Virus record (IMG/VR): IMGVR_UViG_3300009149_000037
Span: 1-58,560 of that record
Origin: a virus
Lineage: Duplodnaviria > Caudoviricetes
DNA length: 58,560 nucleotides
Strand: one strand, 5' to 3'
Shown here: in pieces, positions 10,747 to 19,538 of the stretch
Layout of the letters: the number at the start of each line of letters is the position of its first letter
Numbering within the stretch: position 1 is the stretch's first letter
Notes under the pieces: model-generated
What the model was told of the DNA's origin: nothing
Database searches by the model: none
Seen by the model: the letters and a program-made list of their open reading frames with translations, nothing else
Program-made: the position numbers and the translations under genes

Positions 10747-11024
10747 AGAATCTTCTAATTGTCTTGATTATTATTTCAACATCCTCAACAGCACTCGCTG
10801 ATTGGATTCAATATCGTTCTGGCTACACAATCTACTATCACACGCATCACTATCATCCCGACTTTGGAAACGCTGGTTGGGGCAGTTTAGTTCCAACCTA
10901 CAGACCCCCAATTTATCAGTATCAAACTCAATACAAATACTATCCAGGAACTGGCTGGATCAGTAATCAAGCATCAGACCGTCAGAAGCGAATGGAAGCT
11001 CATCACAATTCGTGGAGATACTAA
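10743..11024 (+). CDS. Small secreted Tyr/His-rich protein
   Basis: N-terminal signal peptide MKNLLIVLIIISTSSTALA. Confidence 0.55.
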   Translation: MKNLLIVLIIISTSSTALADWIQYRSGYTIYYHTHHYHPDFGNAGWGSLVPTYRPPIYQYQTQYKYYPGTGWISNQASDRQKRMEAHHNSWRY

Positions 11025-11042
11025 TTACAAAAGGAATCAAGG

Positions 11043-11291
11043 ATGGTTCTAGCAGTCTTCTTTGCTGGATTGATTGTAGCTCTCTTAGGAGCAATGTGTG
11101 AGAACGCATACCACGCTGGAGATATCAAAGCCACTGGCTTACTCTCTTTGGTCCAGTGTATTTCTCAGGGATTAATTGCGTGGGTCGTTATTGCGGATAA
11201 GTCATTACCCTACTTGATTGCTTCTGCGATGGCCTGGTCAATTGGTTCAATGGTTGGTTGCTACTGGAAAAAATTAAACCATGAAACCTGA
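11043..11291 (+). CDS. Small membrane protein (about 3 TM)
   Basis: Three hydrophobic segments. Confidence 0.55.
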   Translation: MVLAVFFAGLIVALLGAMCENAYHAGDIKATGLLSLVQCISQGLIAWVVIADKSLPYLIASAMAWSIGSMVGCYWKKLNHET

Positions 11292-11415
11292 AAAAGTTCC
11301 TCTAATAGAAAAACTTGTAATCTATTCTATTCTGATTTTTGTTTTCAGTCTGGGAGCAGTTGGGCTTTCTTTACCTGTTATCGGATTTCTCTATGTGATT
11401 GGAGCGTTACCCTGA
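11281..11415 (+). CDS. Small membrane protein (44 aa, not in ORF track)
   Basis: MKPEKVPLIEKLVIYSILIFVFSLGAVGLSLPVIGFLYVIGALP*; fills the gap and overlaps both neighbours. Confidence 0.5.
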   Translation: MKPEKVPLIEKLVIYSILIFVFSLGAVGLSLPVIGFLYVIGALP

Positions 11416-11975
11416 TGGCTAGATGCTTCATTGTTCTTGGGATGCCCAGAACAGGCACGTCACTCACGACGGGAATTCTCAACAATATGGGAGTCTATGT
11501 TGGAGAATCTCGAAAGGGAAAAAACAATCCTTGCTACTACGAAAACAAAGCTCTTTTTGATTTCATCAATCGAGTGCCTGGGGTTTCAGCAGGTCAAGTT
11601 GTTTCTTCAATCGAACGAGAAGCTCAAGGCAAAGACTATGGAATGAAGCATCCTTCAATCGTAGAAAGGTGGCACGAATTTAAGCCTCATATTCCAGAAC
11701 CAGTCTTTATTGTTACTCATCGAAGAGACGCTGATGCTCAATACAACTCTCATCGGTCAGCAATCAATAGACAGCATCGACCAGAATTCAATGAGAGAAA
11801 TCGAGTCTACTATCAGAAAGTCTTAGAAGCGATCAACGGTTATCCTTCATTCAATGTTTTCTATGAAGACTGGCTCAAAGACTTCACCCAATTACAAAAG
11901 ATGGCAGACTTCTTCAATCTGACTGTAACTCCTGAAGCCAGAAAACTCGCTGATCCAAAACTCAAACATTTTTAG
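11415..11975 (+). CDS. Sulfotransferase family protein
   Basis: PAPS-binding loop 'IVLGMPRTGTS', 'YYEN', 'MKHP', 'VFYED'. Confidence 0.8.
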   Translation: MARCFIVLGMPRTGTSLTTGILNNMGVYVGESRKGKNNPCYYENKALFDFINRVPGVSAGQVVSSIEREAQGKDYGMKHPSIVERWHEFKPHIPEPVFIVTHRRDADAQYNSHRSAINRQHRPEFNERNRVYYQKVLEAINGYPSFNVFYEDWLKDFTQLQKMADFFNLTVTPEARKLADPKLKHF

Positions 11976-11984
11976 ACTGGAGCA

Positions 11985-12311
11985 ATGATGGCTGACACAG
12001 AACTTACTAATGATCCTAATGGTATTCCTCACAGACAAATCAATCCAAAAACAGGGCAGCAAGCAGCCTATGTAGTTCTTTCTGAAGAAGAACGGAAAAA
12101 GGGTTTTGTTGAGCCTCTTCGCCGCAAATACATTCATAAATCTTGTGGTTGCATAACAACAATTGGTTTGTCAATTGCCGAAACCTACGCACGACAACCT
12201 GAATTTTACTCAGGAACTTTTTGTATTGGTTGTAAATTACATTTTCCTCTCGAAGAATTTGTGTGGGATGGTACGTCACAAACTGTAGGAACAAGGAGTA
12301 CAAATCAATGA
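11985..12311 (+). CDS. Phage hypothetical protein, putative Zn-binding
   Basis: 'YIHKSCG..TFCIGCKLHFP' HxxC/CxxC pairs; GACTGGAGC RBS. Confidence 0.6.
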   Translation: MMADTELTNDPNGIPHRQINPKTGQQAAYVVLSEEERKKGFVEPLRRKYIHKSCGCITTIGLSIAETYARQPEFYSGTFCIGCKLHFPLEEFVWDGTSQTVGTRSTNQ

Positions 12312-12949
12312 GTCAAACGATGGAAGACGTCAGAAAACGAAATGCCTTAATGGCATCAACCTACATTCCAGATTGTTCAAAAGGTCCAGGAGCTTTCTAC
12401 AACATTGGTGTTGGACCACTTATCAAATCAGAATGGAGACACTGGAAAGAACTGTATCCAGAAATGCAACTCTTTGGATGTGAGCCAAATCCAGTTCTCT
12501 ACTCACAACTGCTGATGAAGTTTCCTGGTAGACTTTTCAGTTGTGGTATCTCAGACAAAGAGTCCATTGAGATGTACATGGAACCTGAAAAAGAAAAGAC
12601 ATTCGGACGTTCCAGCATATTTCCAGTCAATGGTCTTTCAGATAAAACAATCAGGGTTGAGTGCATTACCCTCAATGAATTTGATCAAGAAGTCGGTTCT
12701 CTAGAATCAATTCTTCTTTGGATGGACATTGAAGGTTCAGAACTCATTGCTCTCAAATCTGGCGAGGAACTTCTCAAATCTGGAAGGGTTCACACTATCA
12801 ATCTTGAACTAAGAGACAAACCAGAAATAGAAGGTTGGCCAACAGCAACGGAAATCACAGAATACCTTTCCACAATTGGATTCAAGAAAGCTGTGGACTA
12901 CAACAATCAGGTTTCACATTGGGATACTATTTTCACGAAAGTGAAGTGA
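12308..12949 (+). CDS. FkbM family SAM-dependent methyltransferase
   Basis: 'NIGVG', 'GCEPNP', 'ITLNEF', 'WMDIEGSE'. Confidence 0.85.
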   Translation: MSQTMEDVRKRNALMASTYIPDCSKGPGAFYNIGVGPLIKSEWRHWKELYPEMQLFGCEPNPVLYSQLLMKFPGRLFSCGISDKESIEMYMEPEKEKTFGRSSIFPVNGLSDKTIRVECITLNEFDQEVGSLESILLWMDIEGSELIALKSGEELLKSGRVHTINLELRDKPEIEGWPTATEITEYLSTIGFKKAVDYNNQVSHWDTIFTKVK

Positions 12950-12952
12950 CTC

Positions 12953-13828
12953 ATGAGAATCTACTACATAGGCAAATTCAAAGAAGAACACAACACAGAA
13001 AACTACGTCACCGCTGCCTTCGAAGAATTAGGCCACAAAGTCTATCAATACAAACACAACAAAAAGGAAACTCTTGCTCAAATCTTCAATCGAATTCAAG
13101 AGTTTGGAGCAGACACAGTTCTCTTCAGTAAAGCAGAATTTCCAGAAGCAAAAAAGTTGATTGATCTTTGCTATGCGAAAGGAATTCTGACTGTCTGCTG
13201 GCAATTCGATTTATTCATTGGATATCGCTCAAAACTCCCAGAACAATTCTGGTCTGATTTTCTCTTTACAACAGATGGTGGACACCAAAGAGAGTTTATC
13301 AAGCTTCGATGCAATCATCGTTTGCTGCGTCAAGGAATTCATAAACCAGAAGCCATCAAGATAGACTCTACAGAATACAAATACGATGTAGCGTTCGTTG
13401 GTAGTTGCACTCACGTAAGTCATGAATCAAGACGGAACCTTTTGAAGTTCCTTCAACAAAGAAAAAGCTTCATTCATTATCAGACCATGAGAGGCTTGAA
13501 ACTGAATGAAGCTTTAAATCAAGTCAAAATCGTCGTCGGTGATTCTTATCCTTCACCAAATTACTGGAGCAATCGAATCTATGAAATCACTGGCCGAGGT
13601 GGATTCTTTCTACACCCATTCACAGAAGGCTTAGACTCAGAGTTTGAAGATGGCGAACACTACGTTGGTTATCAGCGAGGCAACTACAAACAACTCTGTG
13701 ATCGCATTGATCTTCTTCTCAGGGAAGATTCGGCGAGGGAAAGAATCCGCCAAGCTGGGTTTGAGAAGACTCGCAATTGCTACACCTACACTCACAGAGT
13801 TCAAGAATTGCTTTCAATAATTTCTTGA
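12953..13828 (+). CDS. GT-B glycosyltransferase (CgeB/Glyco_trans_1_2-like)
   Basis: 'YDVAFVGS', 'YWSNRIYEITGRGGF', 'YTYTHRVQELL'. Confidence 0.85.
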   Translation: MRIYYIGKFKEEHNTENYVTAAFEELGHKVYQYKHNKKETLAQIFNRIQEFGADTVLFSKAEFPEAKKLIDLCYAKGILTVCWQFDLFIGYRSKLPEQFWSDFLFTTDGGHQREFIKLRCNHRLLRQGIHKPEAIKIDSTEYKYDVAFVGSCTHVSHESRRNLLKFLQQRKSFIHYQTMRGLKLNEALNQVKIVVGDSYPSPNYWSNRIYEITGRGGFFLHPFTEGLDSEFEDGEHYVGYQRGNYKQLCDRIDLLLREDSARERIRQAGFEKTRNCYTYTHRVQELLSIIS

Positions 13829-13837
13829 AGCTCCTTC

Positions 13838-13898
13838 GCCAGCAGCCTCCCTCTTTTCCGTTCAGCTCCAGTCCGGTTCTGAGGTAGAGGCTGCTGGC
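13838..13898. terminator. Inverted repeat at convergence of late and early transcription
   Basis: GCCAGCAGCCTC (13838-13849) / GAGGCTGCTGGC (13887-13898), 12-bp perfect stem with a large loop. Confidence 0.45.
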
Positions 13899-14113
13899 TC
13901 TTCTTAGGTTTCTTTCGTATACCTAATTGGTGGGAAAAGGCGTCTGGAAGCTTCTAGGGTTAATCTAGGAGGTTTAAGACACGATTCTAGGCACCCTGCT
14001 CGCGTTTTAAGGCCTGTTTCGAGCCTCAGCCGTAGGTTATATCTAATCTGGGGCTTAGAGGCTCTAAAATCGCGTCTGAGGGCTTCGGAGAAAAGAAGGG
14101 TACGTTCGTTTTC

Positions 14114-14251
14114 TTATTTGAAGAGGCGTCTGAGGAACGATCCTGTGACCTTGCCGGCTGCTCGTCTGGCGATTCTCCGTCCAACTCTACCTTTCTGGAT
14201 AGCGTTGAAGTCACCCATCAGTCGAGCGATGAAGTAAAGGAAGCTTCTCAT
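14114..14251 (-). CDS. Small highly cationic amphipathic protein (45 aa, not in ORF track)
   Basis: MRSFLYFIARLMGDFNAIQKGRVGRRIARRAAGKVTGSFLRRLFK*, preceded by AGGAG RBS. Confidence 0.7.
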   Translation of the reverse strand: MRSFLYFIARLMGDFNAIQKGRVGRRIARRAAGKVTGSFLRRLFK

Positions 14252-14276
14252 GATATCTCCTGAAGAAAAAGGGAAA

Positions 14277-14326
14277 GGTCCGATGGATGGAATTGAACCA
14301 TCGTATACGCAAACCTGCCATCGGAC
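14277..14326 (-). ncRNA. tRNA-like minihelix (acceptor stem + T-arm only)
   Basis: Minus strand: GTCCGATG-(16 nt)-GATGG TTCAATT CCATC-CATCGGAC. Confidence 0.55.
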
Positions 14327-14511
14327 GACTCTTCAAAACTTTGTCATGATGCACCTAGCTTTCTTGTATTGGACTCTTCCGAAGCGAAGTAGTCAGGATT
14401 GTTAATCAGGTAGCACACTCTGTAGTCTGGTTTGCGAATACTATGTTGACTCCAGAACTTCTACAGACTTGATTTAGCTTTCGATCACTTGGCTATCATG
14501 CGTTCCCTGAT

Positions 14512-16065
14512 TTAAGATTCAAGACTATCAGTCACGTAGACCAATTCGTTGATTGCTCTAGTGATTGCGACATAGACAAGATTGTATTCCTGTTCCTTTG
14601 CTGATGGAGTTTTCGCCATTGGATGAGGGCAAGGACAATTCTTCATCTGGAGAAAGAAGACTCTTGAAGCTTCGAGACCTTTGGCCTTGTGTATGCTACT
14701 GAGAACGATTCCCGTGTCTTGTTTATCCTGAAACATCTTTTCGATTTTAGCAATCACGTCTGCAACAGACTTGGAATCTTCAATGAAGTAGCAGAGGCAT
14801 TCGTGGCGATCATTGAGAGCTTCAATCCGATTTTCGTTCGGATTTTTCTTTGAGGTTTCCTTGTCAACTTCTCCGTCAATCCAGAGCGACAATCGCTCAA
14901 CTAGTTCTACGATGGTTGAGGCTTTCATTTTCTGGACGGTTGAGACAAGACCTTGACCAATGTCTCTGCCTTTGATCGTTGCTTTGCGTCCGGCTCGAAT
15001 GAAGCCAAAACATTCTTTGACGAGTGGAGCATTGACTCGGCAGAGGATCATGTCACCTGATTGAGCGAGTGATTGGTAATCGTCGATCGTAACCGTCTTG
15101 ACCGAACCTTCTGAGTTTGATTCGTGAGCTTCGAAGTCTGGAACGAATTGCCTTGCCTCTTCAACGATTGTTCTACCACAACGGCGAGTCTCAGTGAGAG
15201 GCAATATAACGCATCCTTTCAGAGTTTTTTCCATGCGAGGAATACTGTCGGAATCTGCTCCAGCGAAACCGTAGATGGCCTGGTTGACATCACCTACAAG
15301 AACAATTCGCTTGCCCGCTTTGAGAGCCAAAGCCTGTTGACAACGATTCAAATCTTGGGCTTCATCAACTAGGAGCAAATCGTATTTTGGAATGCTCAAA
15401 CCCAGAGCGATTGGCAACCAGACCATATCGTCGTAATTGAGTTTTCGGTCTTCAGAAACTTTCTTGCAACGATCAAGAATCTGGATGACCAAATCGAAGA
15501 TTTTGGATTGACTATCGTTAAGGTCGATGTCGTAGCGGTGAGCAAGGTGGAGCAGATCAGAATCTGAGGCTTCCTCAAACGTACCAACCAGGTTCATCTT
15601 GCAGAGGCTGACAAGACGCTCAGTGGCTCGCAATGCAGTCGTGTGACGCTTGCGGATTTCTCGCAAGTCTTTGCCAAGAATTTCCGAGACCATGTTCGGC
15701 ACTCGCCACGGGTCCATAGCGACTTTGCCAACAGCGTTTCGGACAGCCGCAAATCCCATACTGTGCATGGTCATCGCTTCGCAATCAGCCGGAACCCGTT
15801 TTTGAAGTTCAACGGCAATGGCTTTGTTGAAGGCGACGAAACAGACTGAATCGTTCTTACCAGACTTGCTGATTTCATCCCAGACGGCTTGTTGCTGAGC
15901 CGAGGGAGTGAGGCTTGAGCCAATTCCCCGTAGGACGTTCAAGCCTTCGACAATTGTCGTTGTTTTGCCTGTGCCCGCCAAAGCCTTGACGATCAAATGA
16001 GGTCCAGCTTGTCTCTTCGATTTCAGTTTCACGTTTTTCAGAACTGACTTTTTTGTTGTTGTCAT
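14512..16065 (-). CDS. UvrD/Rep-like superfamily 1 DNA helicase
   Basis: Walker A 'ALAGTGKTT', 'VDEAQD', 'VGDVNQAIYGFAGA', 'SSIHKAKGLE', 'YVAITRA'. Confidence 0.93.
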   Translation of the reverse strand: MTTTKKSVLKNVKLKSKRQAGPHLIVKALAGTGKTTTIVEGLNVLRGIGSSLTPSAQQQAVWDEISKSGKNDSVCFVAFNKAIAVELQKRVPADCEAMTMHSMGFAAVRNAVGKVAMDPWRVPNMVSEILGKDLREIRKRHTTALRATERLVSLCKMNLVGTFEEASDSDLLHLAHRYDIDLNDSQSKIFDLVIQILDRCKKVSEDRKLNYDDMVWLPIALGLSIPKYDLLLVDEAQDLNRCQQALALKAGKRIVLVGDVNQAIYGFAGADSDSIPRMEKTLKGCVILPLTETRRCGRTIVEEARQFVPDFEAHESNSEGSVKTVTIDDYQSLAQSGDMILCRVNAPLVKECFGFIRAGRKATIKGRDIGQGLVSTVQKMKASTIVELVERLSLWIDGEVDKETSKKNPNENRIEALNDRHECLCYFIEDSKSVADVIAKIEKMFQDKQDTGIVLSSIHKAKGLEASRVFFLQMKNCPCPHPMAKTPSAKEQEYNLVYVAITRAINELVYVTDSLES

Positions 16066-16094
16066 TTCATTGCTCCAGAATTTGAACTGAGCCA

Positions 16095-16331
16095 CTAATA
16101 TGATTTGAAAAATCCACCGGCTTCTGTAACTCTCTTTGCTGTTGTCCATGCAAAGTCAACGGATAGGTGAATTGCATCAAGCCGAAACACAGTTGCATAC
16201 TGATTTTTAATTCCTTGAATTCGAGCAGGATAACCATCCAAAAATACTTGCCTCTGCGTGAGGTCCCTTCTTTCTTCCTCTGTAACAATACTACCCTTTT
16301 TCAGTTTCACGTTTTTCAGAGCAGATGCCAT
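16095..16331 (-). CDS. Hypothetical early protein
   Basis: AAGGA RBS; N-terminus MASALKNVKLKK shares LKNVKLK with the helicase. Confidence 0.6.
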   Translation of the reverse strand: MASALKNVKLKKGSIVTEEERRDLTQRQVFLDGYPARIQGIKNQYATVFRLDAIHLSVDFAWTTAKRVTEAGGFFKSY

Positions 16332-16377
16332 GTCGTTTTCCTTTGAGCGTTTTGGTTGTCGTTTTTGAATCTCTGAA

Positions 16378-16835
16378 TTAGCAGATATTGAGCAATCCCC
16401 AAAGCTGATTGTCTCCGACCCAGATTTCCAAATCGGCTCTTTGATCATCACTCATCCGTTCTTCGAAATCTTCAATCTTCGAATCAAGGTGCTCCAAACG
16501 CTCATCCATTTTGATTTGCTGAGCTTCAGTTCGGTTCCAATCAGACTGCACTGAAAGTTCGCCAAGTTTGTAAGCTTGTCGAGCGACTCTTTTGAAGTTC
16601 CCGATTTCTTTTGAAGTCAGCATTTCGTTTCTCCAGGTTTTGGGTTGGGTTACCGCGTGTCTGAGAGTTAGTTCATTGCTTTCCGCACTTTGAGGATATT
16701 CTCGTCGCTGTCCTCAAGATGTTGATCAACCAGATACATACCAAGTTCGCCATCTGACATAGTATTGACTGATTGGCAAAATTCTTCGTTAGCCACCAGA
16801 CTGCAAACTACGTTTTGGAGTTGTTCTTTGGTCAT
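16378..16835 (-). CDS. Two small early hypothetical proteins (16378-16623, 16668-16835)
   Basis: Both have GGAG/GGGA-AAACG-ATG-type initiation regions and lie downstream of the promoter at 16883-16911. Confidence 0.55.
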
Positions 16836-16882
16836 CGTTTCTTTTCCCGTTTGAGTTCGTTTCGTCCGCATCACTAAGAGGA

Positions 16883-16928
16883 GTTATCGGTTAATAGTCG
16901 CCCCAAGTAAAGCCCAAAGGCGACTATT
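16883..16928 (-). promoter_or_regulatory. Early promoter TTTACT-N17-GATAAC with overlapping inverted operator-like arms
   Basis: Same hexamers and exact 17-nt spacer at 19445-19473 and 39762-39790. AATAGTCGCC (16893-16902) / GGCGACTATT (16919-16928) flank the -35. Confidence 0.75.
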
Positions 16929-16960
16929 TCAGGGAAGATTTTCAAAGTTTTTTGAAATGC

Positions 16961-17197
16961 TCATTTTCCCTTGGTTTTTGAGCCTTTTCGAGACTGACCT
17001 CTGGGAAATCCTTTGGTCTGAGGCTTCTCGGCGTACCTCTGAGCTTCAGATTCCGAGATTGAATAGCTGTATTGCCAGTTCCCGTTCCGGTCTTTTCGCC
17101 GTTGCGTTTTTCGGGCCTTGAGAGTTCCCGTACGGATTAGAGTGCGAACTTGCTGAGGGGAACATCCGATGATCGTAGAGGCTTCTGTAGGAGTCAT
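16961..17197 (-). CDS. Helix-turn-helix DNA-binding protein (excisionase/MerR-like HTH_17)
   Basis: 'MTPTEASTIIGCSPQQVRTLIRTGTLKA'. Confidence 0.8.
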   Translation of the reverse strand: MTPTEASTIIGCSPQQVRTLIRTGTLKARKTQRRKDRNGNWQYSYSISESEAQRYAEKPQTKGFPRGQSRKGSKTKGK

Positions 17198-17209
17198 TTT
17201 CGAATCTTT

Positions 17210-19389
17210 CTAACCGTGAAGCATGAGAAGGTAAATCGTCTCTGAGAACCCACCACAACGAAACACGTAACCACCCTTCACTCGATTAGCAGTGTGGTGA
17301 CAATCCAAACGACCTACCGACGTGTATTGCTGAGTTCCGTATAAACGAATTTGAATCACTGTTTTGGATTCTTGTCGAAGTTCTTGCAGAGTTTTCATTT
17401 TCGAATCTTTCTTGAGGCTGCGAGCAGAATGAAGCAGCCAATAACGAGGTAAGGAGTTGCGGCGAGAATCTGTTCAGTCATCGGAAGCCTCCATCAGGAT
17501 TAGTTTTTCGAGCATTGCGTTGAGAACTTTAAGGTCTTCAACGTGACGGGTTTCGGTGAGCCGTTTTTGAACGATGGCGATTCGAGTTTCAATTTGCTGC
17601 CTAGTCATATTGAAGTTTCCTTAATACTCGATAGTTGGAAGAGTTATAAGGCAGGGGCAAATCATAACCGATTAACAACACTTCATTTTTCTCTTCGGAG
17701 TAATAGAAGACGTTTGGAGTTGTCTCTAACGGATTACCCTCACTGTCTAACGTGAAGAACCAATAATACCCGCTGGTAGAAATTTGCCTGGCCATTATTG
17801 AGTTTCTCCTCTATAAGCTTTCAGAAGGTCAGTCAGTTTGTCACAAATGGTTTCCGCTTGAGGCCTACCAATCTTCAAGAATTCTGCAACAGCATTGACT
17901 GAGATACCCTCTTCGGTATCTGCATTGAGTTTTCTAGAGACAATTGCATCGACGATTTTATCAATGCAAATATCAATCGCTGTTCCGTGTTGGCGTTTCA
18001 TTAACTTCTACCTTGTTGGTGAATGGAAAAGCGTACTCATGGAAAGAAACAGAAACTACGTTGTTGGTCCTAGACAACGAATCGAAAAGACCTTTAGCGA
18101 TTACAGCTAAGTCATCAGGATTGTGAATACACTCACAATCCACATCAGTTTTGATTTTACCATTAGAGGAACGGGTGACGATAACTCGGATGAAAGTTTG
18201 TAGCATTTTAATCCTCAAGGCAAAGGTGAGAGTAGTGATCGAGACTTCCGCAATGGCTGCAACGAGCAGCGTTGGTATCTCGATTGATCTGAATGTGCTC
18301 CAGTCTCAAGGGCAGGTAACCGCAAGGTCCATAAGAGGCGAGAACCTCACAAGCGACTTCCGCCGTCTCATAGAGATTATCGTCGAGAGGTTCAACCAGC
18401 GTATCGCAGCAGACTGGACAGATCGGAATAAAGGTTTCATCGACCACAAAAATCTTAGAGCAGAGACGGCATTTGCAGGTATCAGCCATGACTAGATTCC
18501 CTGAAGAAAAAGGTAAGAAATCGAAATGGTGGATCAAATTACTTCAATGACATCACAAGCTCTGACTCTTCGACGAACTTCAATGCCATCCCCAGGTCCA
18601 GAAGGTCCAGTTGCTCCAACATACCAGACGATTCCATCTTCGAAGAGAAATCCACCATCCCAGACTCCGTCAGCCCAATCATCAGTTCCATCTGTGCTAT
18701 CAAATTCCGATTGAGTTAAATGAGGTGTGGCACGAGCATAAGTGTCATAAAAATTGTCTCCAAGCTTCTCGACAGCAAGAGACACATCCCAGTCGCATGC
18801 TTCCAACCATTGACCGAAAGTGAATTTGCCTTCAGCGATCAAAGAGAATCGTTCAGTGCGAGCAGCTGGAAAAGGTTGAATGCGAATCGTCATCGTTTCA
18901 GCTCCAGAACTTGAGGGAAGGAACCCGCCGGAGCGGGCCAAGAGAAAAACCAAAAAAGCTACCAAACCCGTTCACCACATTTGGTCAGGCAGATCGCATT
19001 TGCAACTGCCTCAGCTTCTGACTTGAACGGACAATCCATCCCATCAATATCTCCACCTTCCCAGTAGATGAAGAAAACTGATTTCCCAGAACCATTCCAG
19101 CCCTGTTTGATTTCGAATGTCTCTTTTTTGACTTTGAGGGTTGAAAAAATCATCGTTTCAGCTCCAGATTTGAGGGAAGAAACCCGCCGAAGCGGGCTGA
19201 GAGGATTTCGGGATGTTACGACATCTCTTGAACGAATCGCAGTGACCAATTTCCGCTGAACAGCGACATCATGAACAGACGAAACTTTGAATCAGCCTGC
19301 TCCTGAGTTTCCGCTTCGATGACTTTCGAATCATCAAAAGACTTGTTCAGAACCTTCGAAAACGTCGTGTAGTGAAAATTAAAACGCAT
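17210..19389 (-). CDS. Array of about 10 small early hypothetical genes (17210-17398, 17395-17481, 17474-17608, 17601-17795, 17795-18001, 17973-18218, 18208-18489, 18534-18893, 18959-19153, 19216-19389)
   Basis: Tightly packed or overlapping minus-strand ORFs with repeated initiation regions; 18208-18489 is CxxC-rich. Confidence 0.55.
18891..19198 (-). repeat. Duplicated ~47-bp hairpin+RBS leader (18891-18937 and 19151-19197)
   Basis: CATCGTTTCAGCTCCAGA..TTGAGGGAAG.AACCCGCCG.AGCGGGC occurs twice; CCCGC-TTCG/TCCG-GCGGG hairpin on the minus strand. Confidence 0.85.
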
Positions 19390-19444
19390 CAGTCGTCTCC
19401 AAGTTTTGGGTTTCAGTTTTTCGCCGCGTCGTTGCGACAAGGGA

Positions 19445-19516
19445 GTTATCGTCTAAATAGTTGGGGGAGTAAAGGCCAAGGGCGACTATTTTAGAAGATT
19501 CCCGAAAATAGTTGCC
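19445..19516 (-). promoter_or_regulatory. Early promoter TTTACT-N17-GATAAC plus operator-like arms
   Basis: GTTATC 19445-19450, AGTAAA 19468-19473; GGCGACTATT 19481-19490 and AATAGTTGCC 19507-19516. Confidence 0.75.
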
Positions 19517-19538
19517 CTGCCTCAAAAATCCCTTGGTT

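Noticed and set aside
14026-14214. 62-aa minus-strand ORF from the track
   Set aside because: An overlapping frame (14114-14251) has a clear RBS and ATG and a more protein-like sequence.
16961-17197. Evidence for a temperate lifestyle (excisionase)
   Set aside because: No integrase or att site is recognisable in the window; an HTH alone is insufficient.
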